Part shown: positions 23,379 through 32,266 of the stretch, piece after piece
How the letters are laid out: every line of letters begins with the position of its first letter
Numbering within the stretch: position 1 is the stretch's first letter
Assembly: GCA_039028615.1 (NCBI GenBank)
Contig: JBCCHT010000011.1
Location: 96,001 to 160,000, forward strand
Source: Myxococcota bacterium
GTDB lineage: Bacteria; Myxococcota_A; Polyangia; Nannocystales; Nannocystaceae
Reading direction: 5' to 3'
DNA length: 64,000 bases
Made by a program: the position numbers and the translations under genes
Notes under the pieces: generated by a model
Told to the model about the DNA's origin: nothing
The model's database searches: none
What the model saw: the letters and a program-made list of their open reading frames with translations, nothing else

Positions 23379-24758
23379 CTACGCGACGCCGAGGCCCTCG
23401 ACGACTCGCTCGAGCCGCATGCCTCGGCTGCCCTTGATGAGCACCGCCCCCGGCTCCGCGCCGTGCAGCGCCTCGGCCAGCGCGCGGGTCAGCGCGTCGA
23501 CGTCCTCGCCGAAGTGCCGCGCCGTCACGCCCGCCTGCTGGGCCGCCGTGGCCGTGTGCTCGCTGCGAGGACCGTAGGTCAATAGCGTGTCGATCTTCAG
23601 CTCGGCGCAGCGTCGACCGACGTCGGCGTGCAGCTCGGCCTCGCGCGGCCCGAGCTCGAGCATGTCGCCCAGCACCGCGATGCGGGGACCCGGGCGACGG
23701 CCATCGAGCGAGGTCAGGGCGGTCAGTGCCACTTCGACCGAGCCGGGATTGGAGTTGTAGCAGTCGGCGATCACCAGGTGCGACCCGTGGTGCAGCACGC
23801 GACCCCGGTCACCCACGGGCTCGACCGCCTCGAGGGCCTCGATCATCGGCGCCAACGGAAGCCCCAAGTGACAGCCCACGGCCAGCGCGGCGGCGGCATT
23901 GCGGGCGTTGTGGGCTCCGAACAAGCGCAGCCGCACCGTGACCTGCTCGCCTCCCGGCACCCGCAGCGTCGCCTCGGTGCGCTCGCTCTGCTGCACGCCG
24001 AGCACCTGCACGTCGGCGGAATCATCGGGACCGAAGCGCAGCACCGTCGGCCCATCGCCGGTCGGCAGGTGAGGTCGCAGCAGAGGCTCGTCGCCGGGCA
24101 CCACCACCACGCCATCGGTACCGACGTGCGGCACGACCTCGGCCTCCGCGGCCGCGATGGCCTCGATGGTCCCCATGAACTCGAGGTGCTCCAGCGCGAT
24201 GCTGGTGATCACCGCCACGCTCGGTCGCACGATCGACGCGAGGTGGTCGTTTTCTCCGGGCGCGCTCATCCCCAGCTCGATCACCATCGCGCCCGGATCG
24301 TGCGGCGTGTCGAGCAGGGTCAGCGGCACACCCAGGTGATTGTTGAGGTTGCCGCGCGTGCACAACACCGACGGAATCGCCGAGCCGAGCACGGCGGCGA
24401 CCATCGCTCGGGTCGTCGTCTTGCCGTTGCTCCCCGTAATGGAAACGACGGGACCGTTCGTGGCATCGCGGCTGCGCGCGCCCAAGCGGGTGAGAGCAGC
24501 GAGCGTGTCGTCGACCTCGACCACCGTCGCGTCACCGCCGGGCAGCGGCCGACCGGGCGCCATCAAGACCGCTGCCGCGCCGCCTTCGATGGCGTTGGGA
24601 ATGAAGTCATGACCGTCGCGCGCGGCGACGATCGGCACGAACAATGCCCCCGCGACCGGCGTGCGACTATCGATGAACGCGCCTGCGATCTCCGTGGCAC
24701 CGGCCTGTCGCAAACGCCCCTGGGCATGCTCAGCGAGACTCTGTGGGGACCAACGCAC
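23379..24758 (-). CDS. murF: UDP-N-acetylmuramoyl-tripeptide--D-Ala-D-Ala ligase
   Basis: IDSR, DGHDFI, ITGSNGKTTT, NLNNHLGVPLTL, DCYNSNP, LGDMLELG, KGSRGMRLE; start at GTG 24758 or TTG 24776. Confidence 0.95.
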   Translation of the reverse strand: MRWSPQSLAEHAQGRLRQAGATEIAGAFIDSRTPVAGALFVPIVAARDGHDFIPNAIEGGAAAVLMAPGRPLPGGDATVVEVDDTLAALTRLGARSRDATNGPVVSITGSNGKTTTRAMVAAVLGSAIPSVLCTRGNLNNHLGVPLTLLDTPHDPGAMVIELGMSAPGENDHLASIVRPSVAVITSIALEHLEFMGTIEAIAAAEAEVVPHVGTDGVVVVPGDEPLLRPHLPTGDGPTVLRFGPDDSADVQVLGVQQSERTEATLRVPGGEQVTVRLRLFGAHNARNAAAALAVGCHLGLPLAPMIEALEAVEPVGDRGRVLHHGSHLVIADCYNSNPGSVEVALTALTSLDGRRPGPRIAVLGDMLELGPREAELHADVGRRCAELKIDTLLTYGPRSEHTATAAQQAGVTARHFGEDVDALTRALAEALHGAEPGAVLIKGSRGMRLERVVEGLGVA

Positions 24759-24868
24759 CGCTTTGCCCCATAGCAACGGGCCCGAACACCTCGCAAGATT
24801 GTGGCGTTTCGACAGAACCGTTGCAGCGGGCTCCAGGTGCGACGTGCTAGGTTCGACACGACCCTTCG

Positions 24869-25378
24869 ATGACGATTCGCGACACGTTGCTGCTCGACCA
24901 AGGCTATCAGCCGCTCGAGGTCATCTCGTGGAAGCGTGCGTTGGTCATGGACCTGGTCGGCAAGGTGGAGACGGTCACGACGCACTCCTGGGTCGTGCGT
25001 ACGGTGGACCGGCAGTTCCCCGTGCCCGCGGTGGTGCGGCTGCTCCGGGCGGTGCGTCATCGTCCGCCCTTCGTTCGCTTCTGTCGGGACAACGTCTACC
25101 TCCGGGATGCGCACCGCTGTCAGTACTGCGGGCACGAGTTCCCCACGCGGGCCCTGACCCTCGACCACGTGGTGCCCCGCTGCGAAGGCGGCGAGACCTC
25201 GTGGACCAACGTCGTCACCGCCTGTGGGCCCTGCAATCGGCGCAAGGGTCGGGATCTCCCCGAAGACGCCGGCATGCCCCTGCTCAGCGTGCCCAAGCGT
25301 CCGCGCTGGCTGGCGCCCCGTGGCATGCGGCTGGGGCCCTCCCAGCTGCCCGAGCTGTGGCGCGACTGGATCCACTGA
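24869..25378 (+). CDS. HNH endonuclease (McrA-like)
   Basis: RDNVYLRDAHRCQYCG...LTLDHVVPR..GGETSWTNVVTACGPCNRRKG. Confidence 0.92.
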   Translation: MTIRDTLLLDQGYQPLEVISWKRALVMDLVGKVETVTTHSWVVRTVDRQFPVPAVVRLLRAVRHRPPFVRFCRDNVYLRDAHRCQYCGHEFPTRALTLDHVVPRCEGGETSWTNVVTACGPCNRRKGRDLPEDAGMPLLSVPKRPRWLAPRGMRLGPSQLPELWRDWIH

Positions 25379-25496
25379 GCGCGGTCTTCCCGCGGCCCTG
25401 GGAATGGGTTTCTTGCACCCACCCGCGCCCATGTGCCAATCGTAGGCGCGCGGAAATCGTGCCGCCCGTGCGGCCGACGCCCCGAAGGACGTTTAG

Positions 25497-26624
25497 GTGC
25501 TGTACACCCTGCTCTTCCCGCTCAGTGCCAAGTACCCCGCCCTGGGGTGGCTCAACGTACTTCGGTACACGTCGACCCGGATCATCGCGGCCACGCTCAC
25601 GGCTCTGCTCCTCTCGCTGGTGCTCTACCCCTGGTTCATCCGCACCTTGCAGCGGATCCAGCTGGGTCAGGTCGTCCGTAACGACGGCCCCGAGTCCCAC
25701 CTCGCCAAGCGGGGCACGCCCACCATGGGCGGCAGCCTGATCCTCTTCACGCTGATCATCCCCACCTTGCTGTGGGCCGACATGCGCAACCCCTACATCC
25801 TGGCCGTGGGACTGACCACCGCCGGGTTCGGGGTCATCGGCTTCCTCGACGACTTCCTCAAGATCCGCCAGAAGAGCTCGGGAGGCCTGCCCGGCAAGTT
25901 CAAGATGCTGGGGCAGCTGATCATCGCGACCGCCGTGTCGTACTGGCTGTTCGAGAGCTCGTCGGTGGTCCCCGAGGACATCCGCTACCGGGTGCAGGTC
26001 CCGCTGCTCAACTTCTACGACGACGACTACCGCCTCACGCTCATCCCCGGGCTGTACCTGGCGTTCTCGGTGTTCGTGATCGTGGGCGCCTCGAATGCGG
26101 TGAACCTGACCGACGGCCTCGACGGCCTCGCGATCGGTCCGGTCGTCATCTCGGCCGCCACCTTCCTCATCCTGACCTACGCGGCGGGTACCCTCATCGC
26201 GGGCTTCGACATCGCGGCGTACCTCGGCATCCCGCACCTGCCTCAGGTGGGCGAGCTGGCGATCTACTGCGGGGCGATGATCGGGGCCGGGATCGGGTTC
26301 CTCTGGTACAACACCTACCCGGCCAGCGTGTTCATGGGTGACGTGGGCTCGCTGCCGCTGGGTGCTGGCCTGGGCTTTTTGGCCGTCGCCTCGAAGAACG
26401 AGTTCACCCTGCTCATCGTGGGCGGCATCTTCGTGCTCGAGACGGTCAGCGTCATCGTGCAGGTGGTGTCGTTCAAGCTCACGGGCAAGCGCGTGTTCAA
26501 GATGGCGCCGATCCACCATCACTTCGAGCTCAAGGGCTGGGCCGAGCCGAAGGTCATCGTGCGCTTTTGGATCATCAGCATCATGCTGGCCCTGGTCGCC
26601 CTGGCCACCCTGAAGCTGCGATGA
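25497..26624 (+). CDS. mraY: Phospho-N-acetylmuramoyl-pentapeptide transferase
   Basis: KRGTPTMGG, GFLDDF, SNAVNLTDGLDGLA, FMGDVGSL, MAPIHHHFE. Confidence 0.97.
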   Translation: MLYTLLFPLSAKYPALGWLNVLRYTSTRIIAATLTALLLSLVLYPWFIRTLQRIQLGQVVRNDGPESHLAKRGTPTMGGSLILFTLIIPTLLWADMRNPYILAVGLTTAGFGVIGFLDDFLKIRQKSSGGLPGKFKMLGQLIIATAVSYWLFESSSVVPEDIRYRVQVPLLNFYDDDYRLTLIPGLYLAFSVFVIVGASNAVNLTDGLDGLAIGPVVISAATFLILTYAAGTLIAGFDIAAYLGIPHLPQVGELAIYCGAMIGAGIGFLWYNTYPASVFMGDVGSLPLGAGLGFLAVASKNEFTLLIVGGIFVLETVSVIVQVVSFKLTGKRVFKMAPIHHHFELKGWAEPKVIVRFWIISIMLALVALATLKLR

Positions 26625-27997
26625 GCGAACCGCAGGTGCAGGCGCCCTGGCGCCACGCGTTGGTCATCGGGCTGGGTCGTAGCGGGCGCGCGGCGGCCAC
26701 GTTGCTGCATGCGCTGGGCGTGCAGGTGCGGGCCTACGACGCGCGCGAGCAGGTCCCCGATGCGCCCGAGGGCGTGCAGCTGTTCATCGGCACGCCGAGC
26801 GCCCCCGACGAGGCCTTCGAGGGCATCGACGTGCTGGTGCTGAGCCCCGGCGTGCCACCCAAAGCCTTCCGCGAGGCCGCGGCTCGGGTCGCCCCGCAGG
26901 CGGCGATCCACGGCGAGCTGAGCCTCGCGCTCGACCTCGTGCACCGCGAGGCCTACCCGCAGTGGCCGGCCGTGCCCACCGTGCTCATCACCGGGACCAA
27001 CGGCAAGAGCACGGTCACCGCCTTGTGTGGCGCGCTGCTCGAGGCGGACGGCCGACACCCCTTCATCGGCGGCAACCTGGGAATCCCGCTGTGCGAGCGC
27101 CTGCACCAGACCATGACCGAGGGCTCGCCATGGGTCGACGGCCTGGTGATCGAGTGCTCCAGCTATCAGCTCGAGACCCTGCCGCCCACGCCGACCGCGG
27201 TGGCGATGATCCTCAACCTCTCGCCCGATCACCTCGACCGCTACGATTCCTACGAGCATTACGCCCGCACCAAGGGGCGCATCTTCGCGGGGCTCGGGGA
27301 CACGGGCCTGGCCCTGCTCGATGCCGACGACGCCTGGACCGAGCGACTGCAGCCATCCGAAGCCCGGGTTCGTCGGGTGGGAGAGCCCGGGGTCGCCGTG
27401 CTCGAGGGCGAAGGCGATGCGCAGCAGCTGGTCGTCGGCGACGAGCGCTACGACCGGGCGAGCCTGCGCATCGCGGGCGGCCACAATGCTCGCAATGCCC
27501 TGTTCGCCTTGCTTGCGGCACGGGAGCTCGGGGTCTCGCCCGACGCCTGCCGCCGCGGCCTGGCGCAGTTCGGCGGGCTCCCCCACCGCATGGTGCGAGT
27601 GCGGGACCTCGACGACGTCGCCTACTACAACGATTCCAAGGCCACCAACGTCGCGAGCGCGCTGGCGGGACTGGGCGGGCTCGATCGTCCCTTCGTGCTG
27701 ATCGCGGGCGGGCTGAGCAAGGGCGACGACCTGAAGCCGCTCGGCGACCTCATCGCGGCGCGCGGCCGGGGCATGGTCGTCATCGGCACGAGCGCGGAGC
27801 AATTCGCCGCGCTCGGTCGGGGCGTCGTCGACGTCGCCCACGCCGGAGCGATGGAGGATGCGGTCGCAAAAGCGCGCGCCATGGCCAAGCCGGGCGAAGC
27901 CGTCGTGCTCGCGCCCGCGTGCGCCAGCTTCGACCAGTACAAGAGCTATGCGCAGCGCGGCGACATGTTCGTCGCCGCCGTCATGGCGCTTTCATAA
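26621..27997 (+). CDS. murD: UDP-N-acetylmuramoyl-L-alanine--D-glutamate ligase
   Basis: ATGA overlap with mraY; GLGRSG, SPGVP, TGTNGKST, SSYQLE, DHLDRY, NDSKATN, PACASFDQY. Confidence 0.96.
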   Translation: MSEPQVQAPWRHALVIGLGRSGRAAATLLHALGVQVRAYDAREQVPDAPEGVQLFIGTPSAPDEAFEGIDVLVLSPGVPPKAFREAAARVAPQAAIHGELSLALDLVHREAYPQWPAVPTVLITGTNGKSTVTALCGALLEADGRHPFIGGNLGIPLCERLHQTMTEGSPWVDGLVIECSSYQLETLPPTPTAVAMILNLSPDHLDRYDSYEHYARTKGRIFAGLGDTGLALLDADDAWTERLQPSEARVRRVGEPGVAVLEGEGDAQQLVVGDERYDRASLRIAGGHNARNALFALLAARELGVSPDACRRGLAQFGGLPHRMVRVRDLDDVAYYNDSKATNVASALAGLGGLDRPFVLIAGGLSKGDDLKPLGDLIAARGRGMVVIGTSAEQFAALGRGVVDVAHAGAMEDAVAKARAMAKPGEAVVLAPACASFDQYKSYAQRGDMFVAAVMALS

Positions 27998-28087
27998 CGC
28001 GCATCGAGGCCGACCGGCCGCGCGCGAAAAGGCGCCCTATGCCGGTTTAAATAGCCGAGAACAACGTAATTGGTTAGTCGTGTCGGT

Positions 28088-28540
28088 ATGCGAATCGCCC
28101 TCATGACCCTGACCGCCGCGGCCACGATGGTCGCGCCCGTCCTATCGAACACGGCGTCGGCCACCTGTTGGTTGGAGTGCCGCCCGCCCATCATTCAGCT
28201 GCCCACCGATGACCCCGACGACGACGACGGCGGCATCGATGAGCCCGGCGGCCTCGATCCGAAGACGTCCGCCTGCGACGAGCCCGGCACCGAGGCGGCT
28301 GCCATCCCGTGGCCCATCCCCTGCGACCCCGCGTATGCGTGGACCTGCTGCAGCCCCCCGGGCGGCCCGGTGTGCTGCACCCCGCCGGGTGGCGGCCCCG
28401 CGATCTGCTCGGGCGGCGGCATCGAGCCGTTGAGCAGCACGCCCGAGCTCCCCGCCGACGAGGTGCTCGAGTGCCGCGCCGACGAGGTCGAGCCCACCGT
28501 GACCCTCGCCTTCGTGCAGCTGCTGTCGCAGCTGACGTAG
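28088..28540 (+). CDS. Small secreted Cys/Pro-rich protein
   Basis: Signal peptide ending ASA; CCSPPGGPVCCTPPGGGPAIC; acidic segments. Confidence 0.6.
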   Translation: MRIALMTLTAAATMVAPVLSNTASATCWLECRPPIIQLPTDDPDDDDGGIDEPGGLDPKTSACDEPGTEAAAIPWPIPCDPAYAWTCCSPPGGPVCCTPPGGGPAICSGGGIEPLSSTPELPADEVLECRADEVEPTVTLAFVQLLSQLT

Positions 28541-28656
28541 TGCCCTGCCCGACGGGGTCCCTACGCGGTCGAAGCTTCGACCGCGTACGGACCCCTGGCT
28601 CGCCCCGCGTGCACGATTTGCGGCGCGGGGCGTCCTTGGGCCAAGCTCCCCCCGCC

Positions 28657-29328
28657 ATGGGCAACCGCAAGAAGCGAACGGGGCGCTGTGAGCGGTGTGG
28701 GTTGCACCTGGCCCTGTGTGTCTGCGAGCGCTTCGTGCGGGTGGAGACCTCGGCCTCGCTGGTCGTGGTGCGACACATCCGCGAGCGCCACAAGCCGACC
28801 AACACCGGTCGCTGGCTCGTGGACATGGTCGAAGGCACCGCGATGACCCACTACGGGCAACGCGAGCCGCCCTTCGATCCCACCCCGCTCCAAGACCCGA
28901 ACGTCCGCTTCTTCGCGCTGTTTCCCCGCGAGGACGCGATCATGCTCGACGAAGCCGGCCTGGCGAAGCTGCGGGCGAGCCTCGACCCAGGACAGCGCAT
29001 CGGCTTCGCCCTGCTCGACGGCACCTGGCATCAGAGCTCTCGCATGAGCCGTCGTGTGCCCGTGGTGCAGGACCTGCCCTGCGTGGCTCTGCCCCCGGGC
29101 CCACCGTCGCGCTGGGGCGTGCGAACGCAGCACGACGAGCGCGGGCTCTCGACCTTCGAGGCCGGTGTGCGCCTCATCTCCGTGCTCGACGGGCCCCAGC
29201 GCGCCGCTCCGCTGCAGTCGGTCTTCCACGAGATCGCCGCGCGCATGATGTTCATGAAGGGCAAGCTGCCCAAGCCCGACGTGCCCGCCGAGTGGCACGA
29301 CGACCGCCTCCCCGGAGCCCCCGCATGA
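28657..29328 (+). CDS. tapT: DTW-domain tRNA-uridine aminocarboxypropyltransferase
   Basis: RCERC..LCVC, ERHKPTNTG, LLDGTW, LSTFEA. Confidence 0.87.
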   Translation: MGNRKKRTGRCERCGLHLALCVCERFVRVETSASLVVVRHIRERHKPTNTGRWLVDMVEGTAMTHYGQREPPFDPTPLQDPNVRFFALFPREDAIMLDEAGLAKLRASLDPGQRIGFALLDGTWHQSSRMSRRVPVVQDLPCVALPPGPPSRWGVRTQHDERGLSTFEAGVRLISVLDGPQRAAPLQSVFHEIAARMMFMKGKLPKPDVPAEWHDDRLPGAPA

Positions 29329-30554
29329 GCGAAGGCCCGGGCCGACGATCGAGCGCCCGCCAGACCTTCGTGTGGATGGGCATGCTGTCCGTCGTGACCC
29401 TGGTGCTCGGGGTCCTCCGCGAATTCGTCATCGCCCGCGATCTTCGGGCCAGCGGCTCCGCCGACCTGTTCTTTCGCGGCCTGGTCATCGTGGGGGCGTG
29501 CCGCAACTTCGGCCTCGCCCTGTTTCGCGCCCGCTGGATCCCGCTGGGCCTGGGCCCCGCCGCCGGCCAGCTGCTGCGACGCGAGCTGAAGACCAGCGGC
29601 CTGGTCACGGTGATCGCCTGGCTGGGCCTGCTGCTCGTGCTCGGGGTCGACCCGTTTTCCGGGCCCGTGCCCTGGGTGTTCGCGGTCGCGGTGGTCCTGG
29701 CCGTGCTCGGAGCGGCGGTGCGAGCCCTGGCCGAGCGGGCGGGCTACGAACGTCGCGGCTTCATCATCGAGTGGGCCTTGCCCTTGGGCACCATCGCGGG
29801 AGCGATGGTCGTGGGCCAGGGCGCCCTGGGCCCCACCCTCGGCATCACTACGGGCCTCGTGGTGGGCTTGCTCGCCTTGATCCCGCCCGTGTTTTTGCAG
29901 CAGGCGACCAGCGGCGGCGGCACCAAAGACTACGACCCCACGCGCACCCGGTGGCTGCTGCTCGACACGCTGATGTACATCAACCTCGGCCTGCTCGATG
30001 CGGTCTTGTCCCCGCACGTGTTCGACGAGGGTGGCTTTGCGCTGCTCAACTACGCCTACCTGTTCGTGAACGCGGCGCTGGCCGTACCCACCGCGGCCGC
30101 GACCGTGGTGGCCCTTCGCTTGGCCGCCGACCCGGTACGCGCGCGGGCCATCTTGCGGAAGTGGGCCCCCGTGGCCGCGCTCTTGATGGGCGGGGCCGTG
30201 TCGGTGGTGTGGGCCCTGCTGGGCGTCGAGGCGATCGCCTCGCAGATCGATGCCGCCGCGGGCTGGGAGATCGTCGCCGCGATTCGGCCCATCATCTTGG
30301 TCGCGGCTCCCTTTGCCGCCTTGCGCCTGGCCAACACTGTCGGTCGCCAGGCCCGGGTGGCCACCGACCCCCGCGGGCTGCTGCCCTGGGACCTCGGCGG
30401 CCTGGCCCTGCGCGCGATCGTGCTCGTGGTCGGTACCTCGCTGTTCGGAGTCATCGCCTCCCCCGTAGGGCTGGTGGTCTGCGAGGTGGTGCAGCTCGGG
30501 GCGTGGTGGACGTGGCGGAGCCCGGCGGAATCGCCCGACCCGGGTCGACCATGA
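29325..30554 (+). CDS. MurJ/MOP-superfamily-like polytopic membrane protein (divergent, about 409 aa)
   Basis: N-terminus LVLGVLREFVIARDLRASGSADLFF resembles MurJ TM1; LNYAYLF..P; many TM helices; ATGA overlap with tapT. Confidence 0.55.
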   Translation: MSEGPGRRSSARQTFVWMGMLSVVTLVLGVLREFVIARDLRASGSADLFFRGLVIVGACRNFGLALFRARWIPLGLGPAAGQLLRRELKTSGLVTVIAWLGLLLVLGVDPFSGPVPWVFAVAVVLAVLGAAVRALAERAGYERRGFIIEWALPLGTIAGAMVVGQGALGPTLGITTGLVVGLLALIPPVFLQQATSGGGTKDYDPTRTRWLLLDTLMYINLGLLDAVLSPHVFDEGGFALLNYAYLFVNAALAVPTAAATVVALRLAADPVRARAILRKWAPVAALLMGGAVSVVWALLGVEAIASQIDAAAGWEIVAAIRPIILVAAPFAALRLANTVGRQARVATDPRGLLPWDLGGLALRAIVLVVGTSLFGVIASPVGLVVCEVVQLGAWWTWRSPAESPDPGRP

Positions 30555-30620
30555 CCGCCGAGTAGGCCGCGTTTTTTGCGCATCGATCGATGCGTGGTTG
30601 GATTCGCCCGAGCAGCGGTC

Positions 30621-30700
30621 AAAACTACACCCAGGAGTTCAGCTAACTCCATGATTGTATTTTAGACTACATTTCACTACATTATGGTTTTGTGTAGTCC
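30621..30700. promoter_or_regulatory. AT-rich intergenic element with repeated ACTACA motifs
   Basis: ACTACA at 30624, 30666, 30676 and inverted TGTAGT at 30693; GGAGTT-cagct-AACTCC palindrome at 30634-30650. Confidence 0.45.
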
Positions 30701-30798
30701 GTGATTTTCCCCTTGTACCTACCTAGGATCCGATGCAGGCTGATGTAGGACAAGGACGCAGCACGGAGCTCACCTGTCCACCCCGAAGGAGACCCGCC

Positions 30799-31239
30799 AT
30801 GCACGCCGCTCGCACCGCCTTCGCCGCCGCCCTCCTCGCCTCCACCTTCGTCACTGGCTGTGACGCCCTGGAGAGCGACGGAATCGGGCCCGAGGGCGGG
30901 ATCGTGGTGAGCGAGGACGGACGCATGGCACTGGAAGTTCCGGCCGGTGCCCTCGAGGAGACCGTCGACATCTCCATCGAGATGGTCCCCGGCCCCCAGG
31001 GCTCCGCCGCCGACCTGTACGTCATCGAGCCGATGGGCCTGGCCTTCTCCTTCCCCGCCGAGCTCATCTACGACTACGACGACGACATGCTGGGCCAGGC
31101 CGCTCCCGACTCGCTGAGCCTGGTGACCCAGCGCGAGGCCAGCTGGAACTACCTCGCCGACCAGCTCGTCGACGACGAGGACCAGACGGTCTCCGCGTCG
31201 CTGATGACGCTGTCCAACGTCACCGTCGTCATCGAGTAA
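30799..31239 (+). CDS. Lipoprotein with ZU5-like domain
   Basis: RBS GAAGGAG; FVTGC lipobox; IGPEGG..LEVPAGAL..IEPMGLAFSFPAEL. Confidence 0.72.
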   Translation: MHAARTAFAAALLASTFVTGCDALESDGIGPEGGIVVSEDGRMALEVPAGALEETVDISIEMVPGPQGSAADLYVIEPMGLAFSFPAELIYDYDDDMLGQAAPDSLSLVTQREASWNYLADQLVDDEDQTVSASLMTLSNVTVVIE

Positions 31240-31249
31240 GCCCGCGGGC

Positions 31250-32179
31250 TCAGCCGACCACGCGCTTCAGGAAGCGCTCGACCTCGGTCCAGATCGCCGC
31301 GTTCCCGGCCGAGTTGCGATCGGGTCGGAGCATCGACGATCCATGCACGGCTCGCGCGGGCACGTGGACGGTGGCCGGTCGCGGCAGCTCGTCGGCGAGC
31401 GCCTGCGCGGCCGTGGCCTCTTTGCCTCGGTTGGACGTGATGAAGAACGGTAGGTCGGTGTCGCGGGCCCACTCGGCCACCATCCCCTCGCGGCCGAGGT
31501 ACTCCCCGGGCGAAAAGGAGAGCACCGCGGTGAGCGAGTCGCCGTGCTCGGCCGCGAGCCGGAAGACCAAGGCCGCGGTGTAGCTGCTGCCCCACGCGAG
31601 GATCGTGGGGTGACCGCGCTCGGTCGCCCAGGCCAGCGCGGCCTCGAGATCCGCGTAGGCGGCCTTGAAACCGGTGCTCTTGCCCCGTTTGGCCACCGTT
31701 CGGTTGTCCCGGCCAAAGCGGCGCCCACCCGAGCGCTGATCGATCGCGAGCGCGTCGAACCCGAGCGACTGCAGCCGTGGTGCGATGGCATTGTATTCGG
31801 CCGCGTTCGATCCCGCCTGATGAAACAGCAGCACCACCGGCCCAGGCTTGTCGCGCTCGACCGCATACAGGGTGCCGAAGATGGCCGACCCATCGGCCGC
31901 CGACAGCTCGACCTCGGCCGGGGCGAGCGGAGCGGGTGCGGGCGCGGCCACATCAGCCGCGACTGCAACATCGTTCCCCGCCGCCTTCGTGTCGTGGTCC
32001 TGTTTCGGACCGTCTTGCGTCGCCGGGTCGACCGGTGGACGGGCCGGATTTTCACCGTCGTCACGTTCGCCGACCGCTGCGGTCACGGCCGGCGTCTCGC
32101 CTTGTCGAGACGAGCCGTTTCCGCCCGTACAAGCACAAGCGAGCATCGCCCCCCACCACCAATGTCGCGGCCTCATCAT
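31250..32179 (-). CDS. Alpha/beta hydrolase (dienelactone hydrolase-like), exported or lipoprotein
   Basis: LLFHQAGSN, AIDQRSGG, WGSSYTA nucleophile elbow, SFSPGEY, HGSSML; LACAC near N-terminus. Confidence 0.8.
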   Translation of the reverse strand: MMRPRHWWWGAMLACACTGGNGSSRQGETPAVTAAVGERDDGENPARPPVDPATQDGPKQDHDTKAAGNDVAVAADVAAPAPAPLAPAEVELSAADGSAIFGTLYAVERDKPGPVVLLFHQAGSNAAEYNAIAPRLQSLGFDALAIDQRSGGRRFGRDNRTVAKRGKSTGFKAAYADLEAALAWATERGHPTILAWGSSYTAALVFRLAAEHGDSLTAVLSFSPGEYLGREGMVAEWARDTDLPFFITSNRGKEATAAQALADELPRPATVHVPARAVHGSSMLRPDRNSAGNAAIWTEVERFLKRVVG

Positions 32180-32266
32180 CACCGAGACTAGCAGGCTGTG
32201 GTGTCGGCGAGGCCGCGTCCCCTGTACCATCGCCTTCCCCTTTTCACATACCCACGAGGTTTCTCC

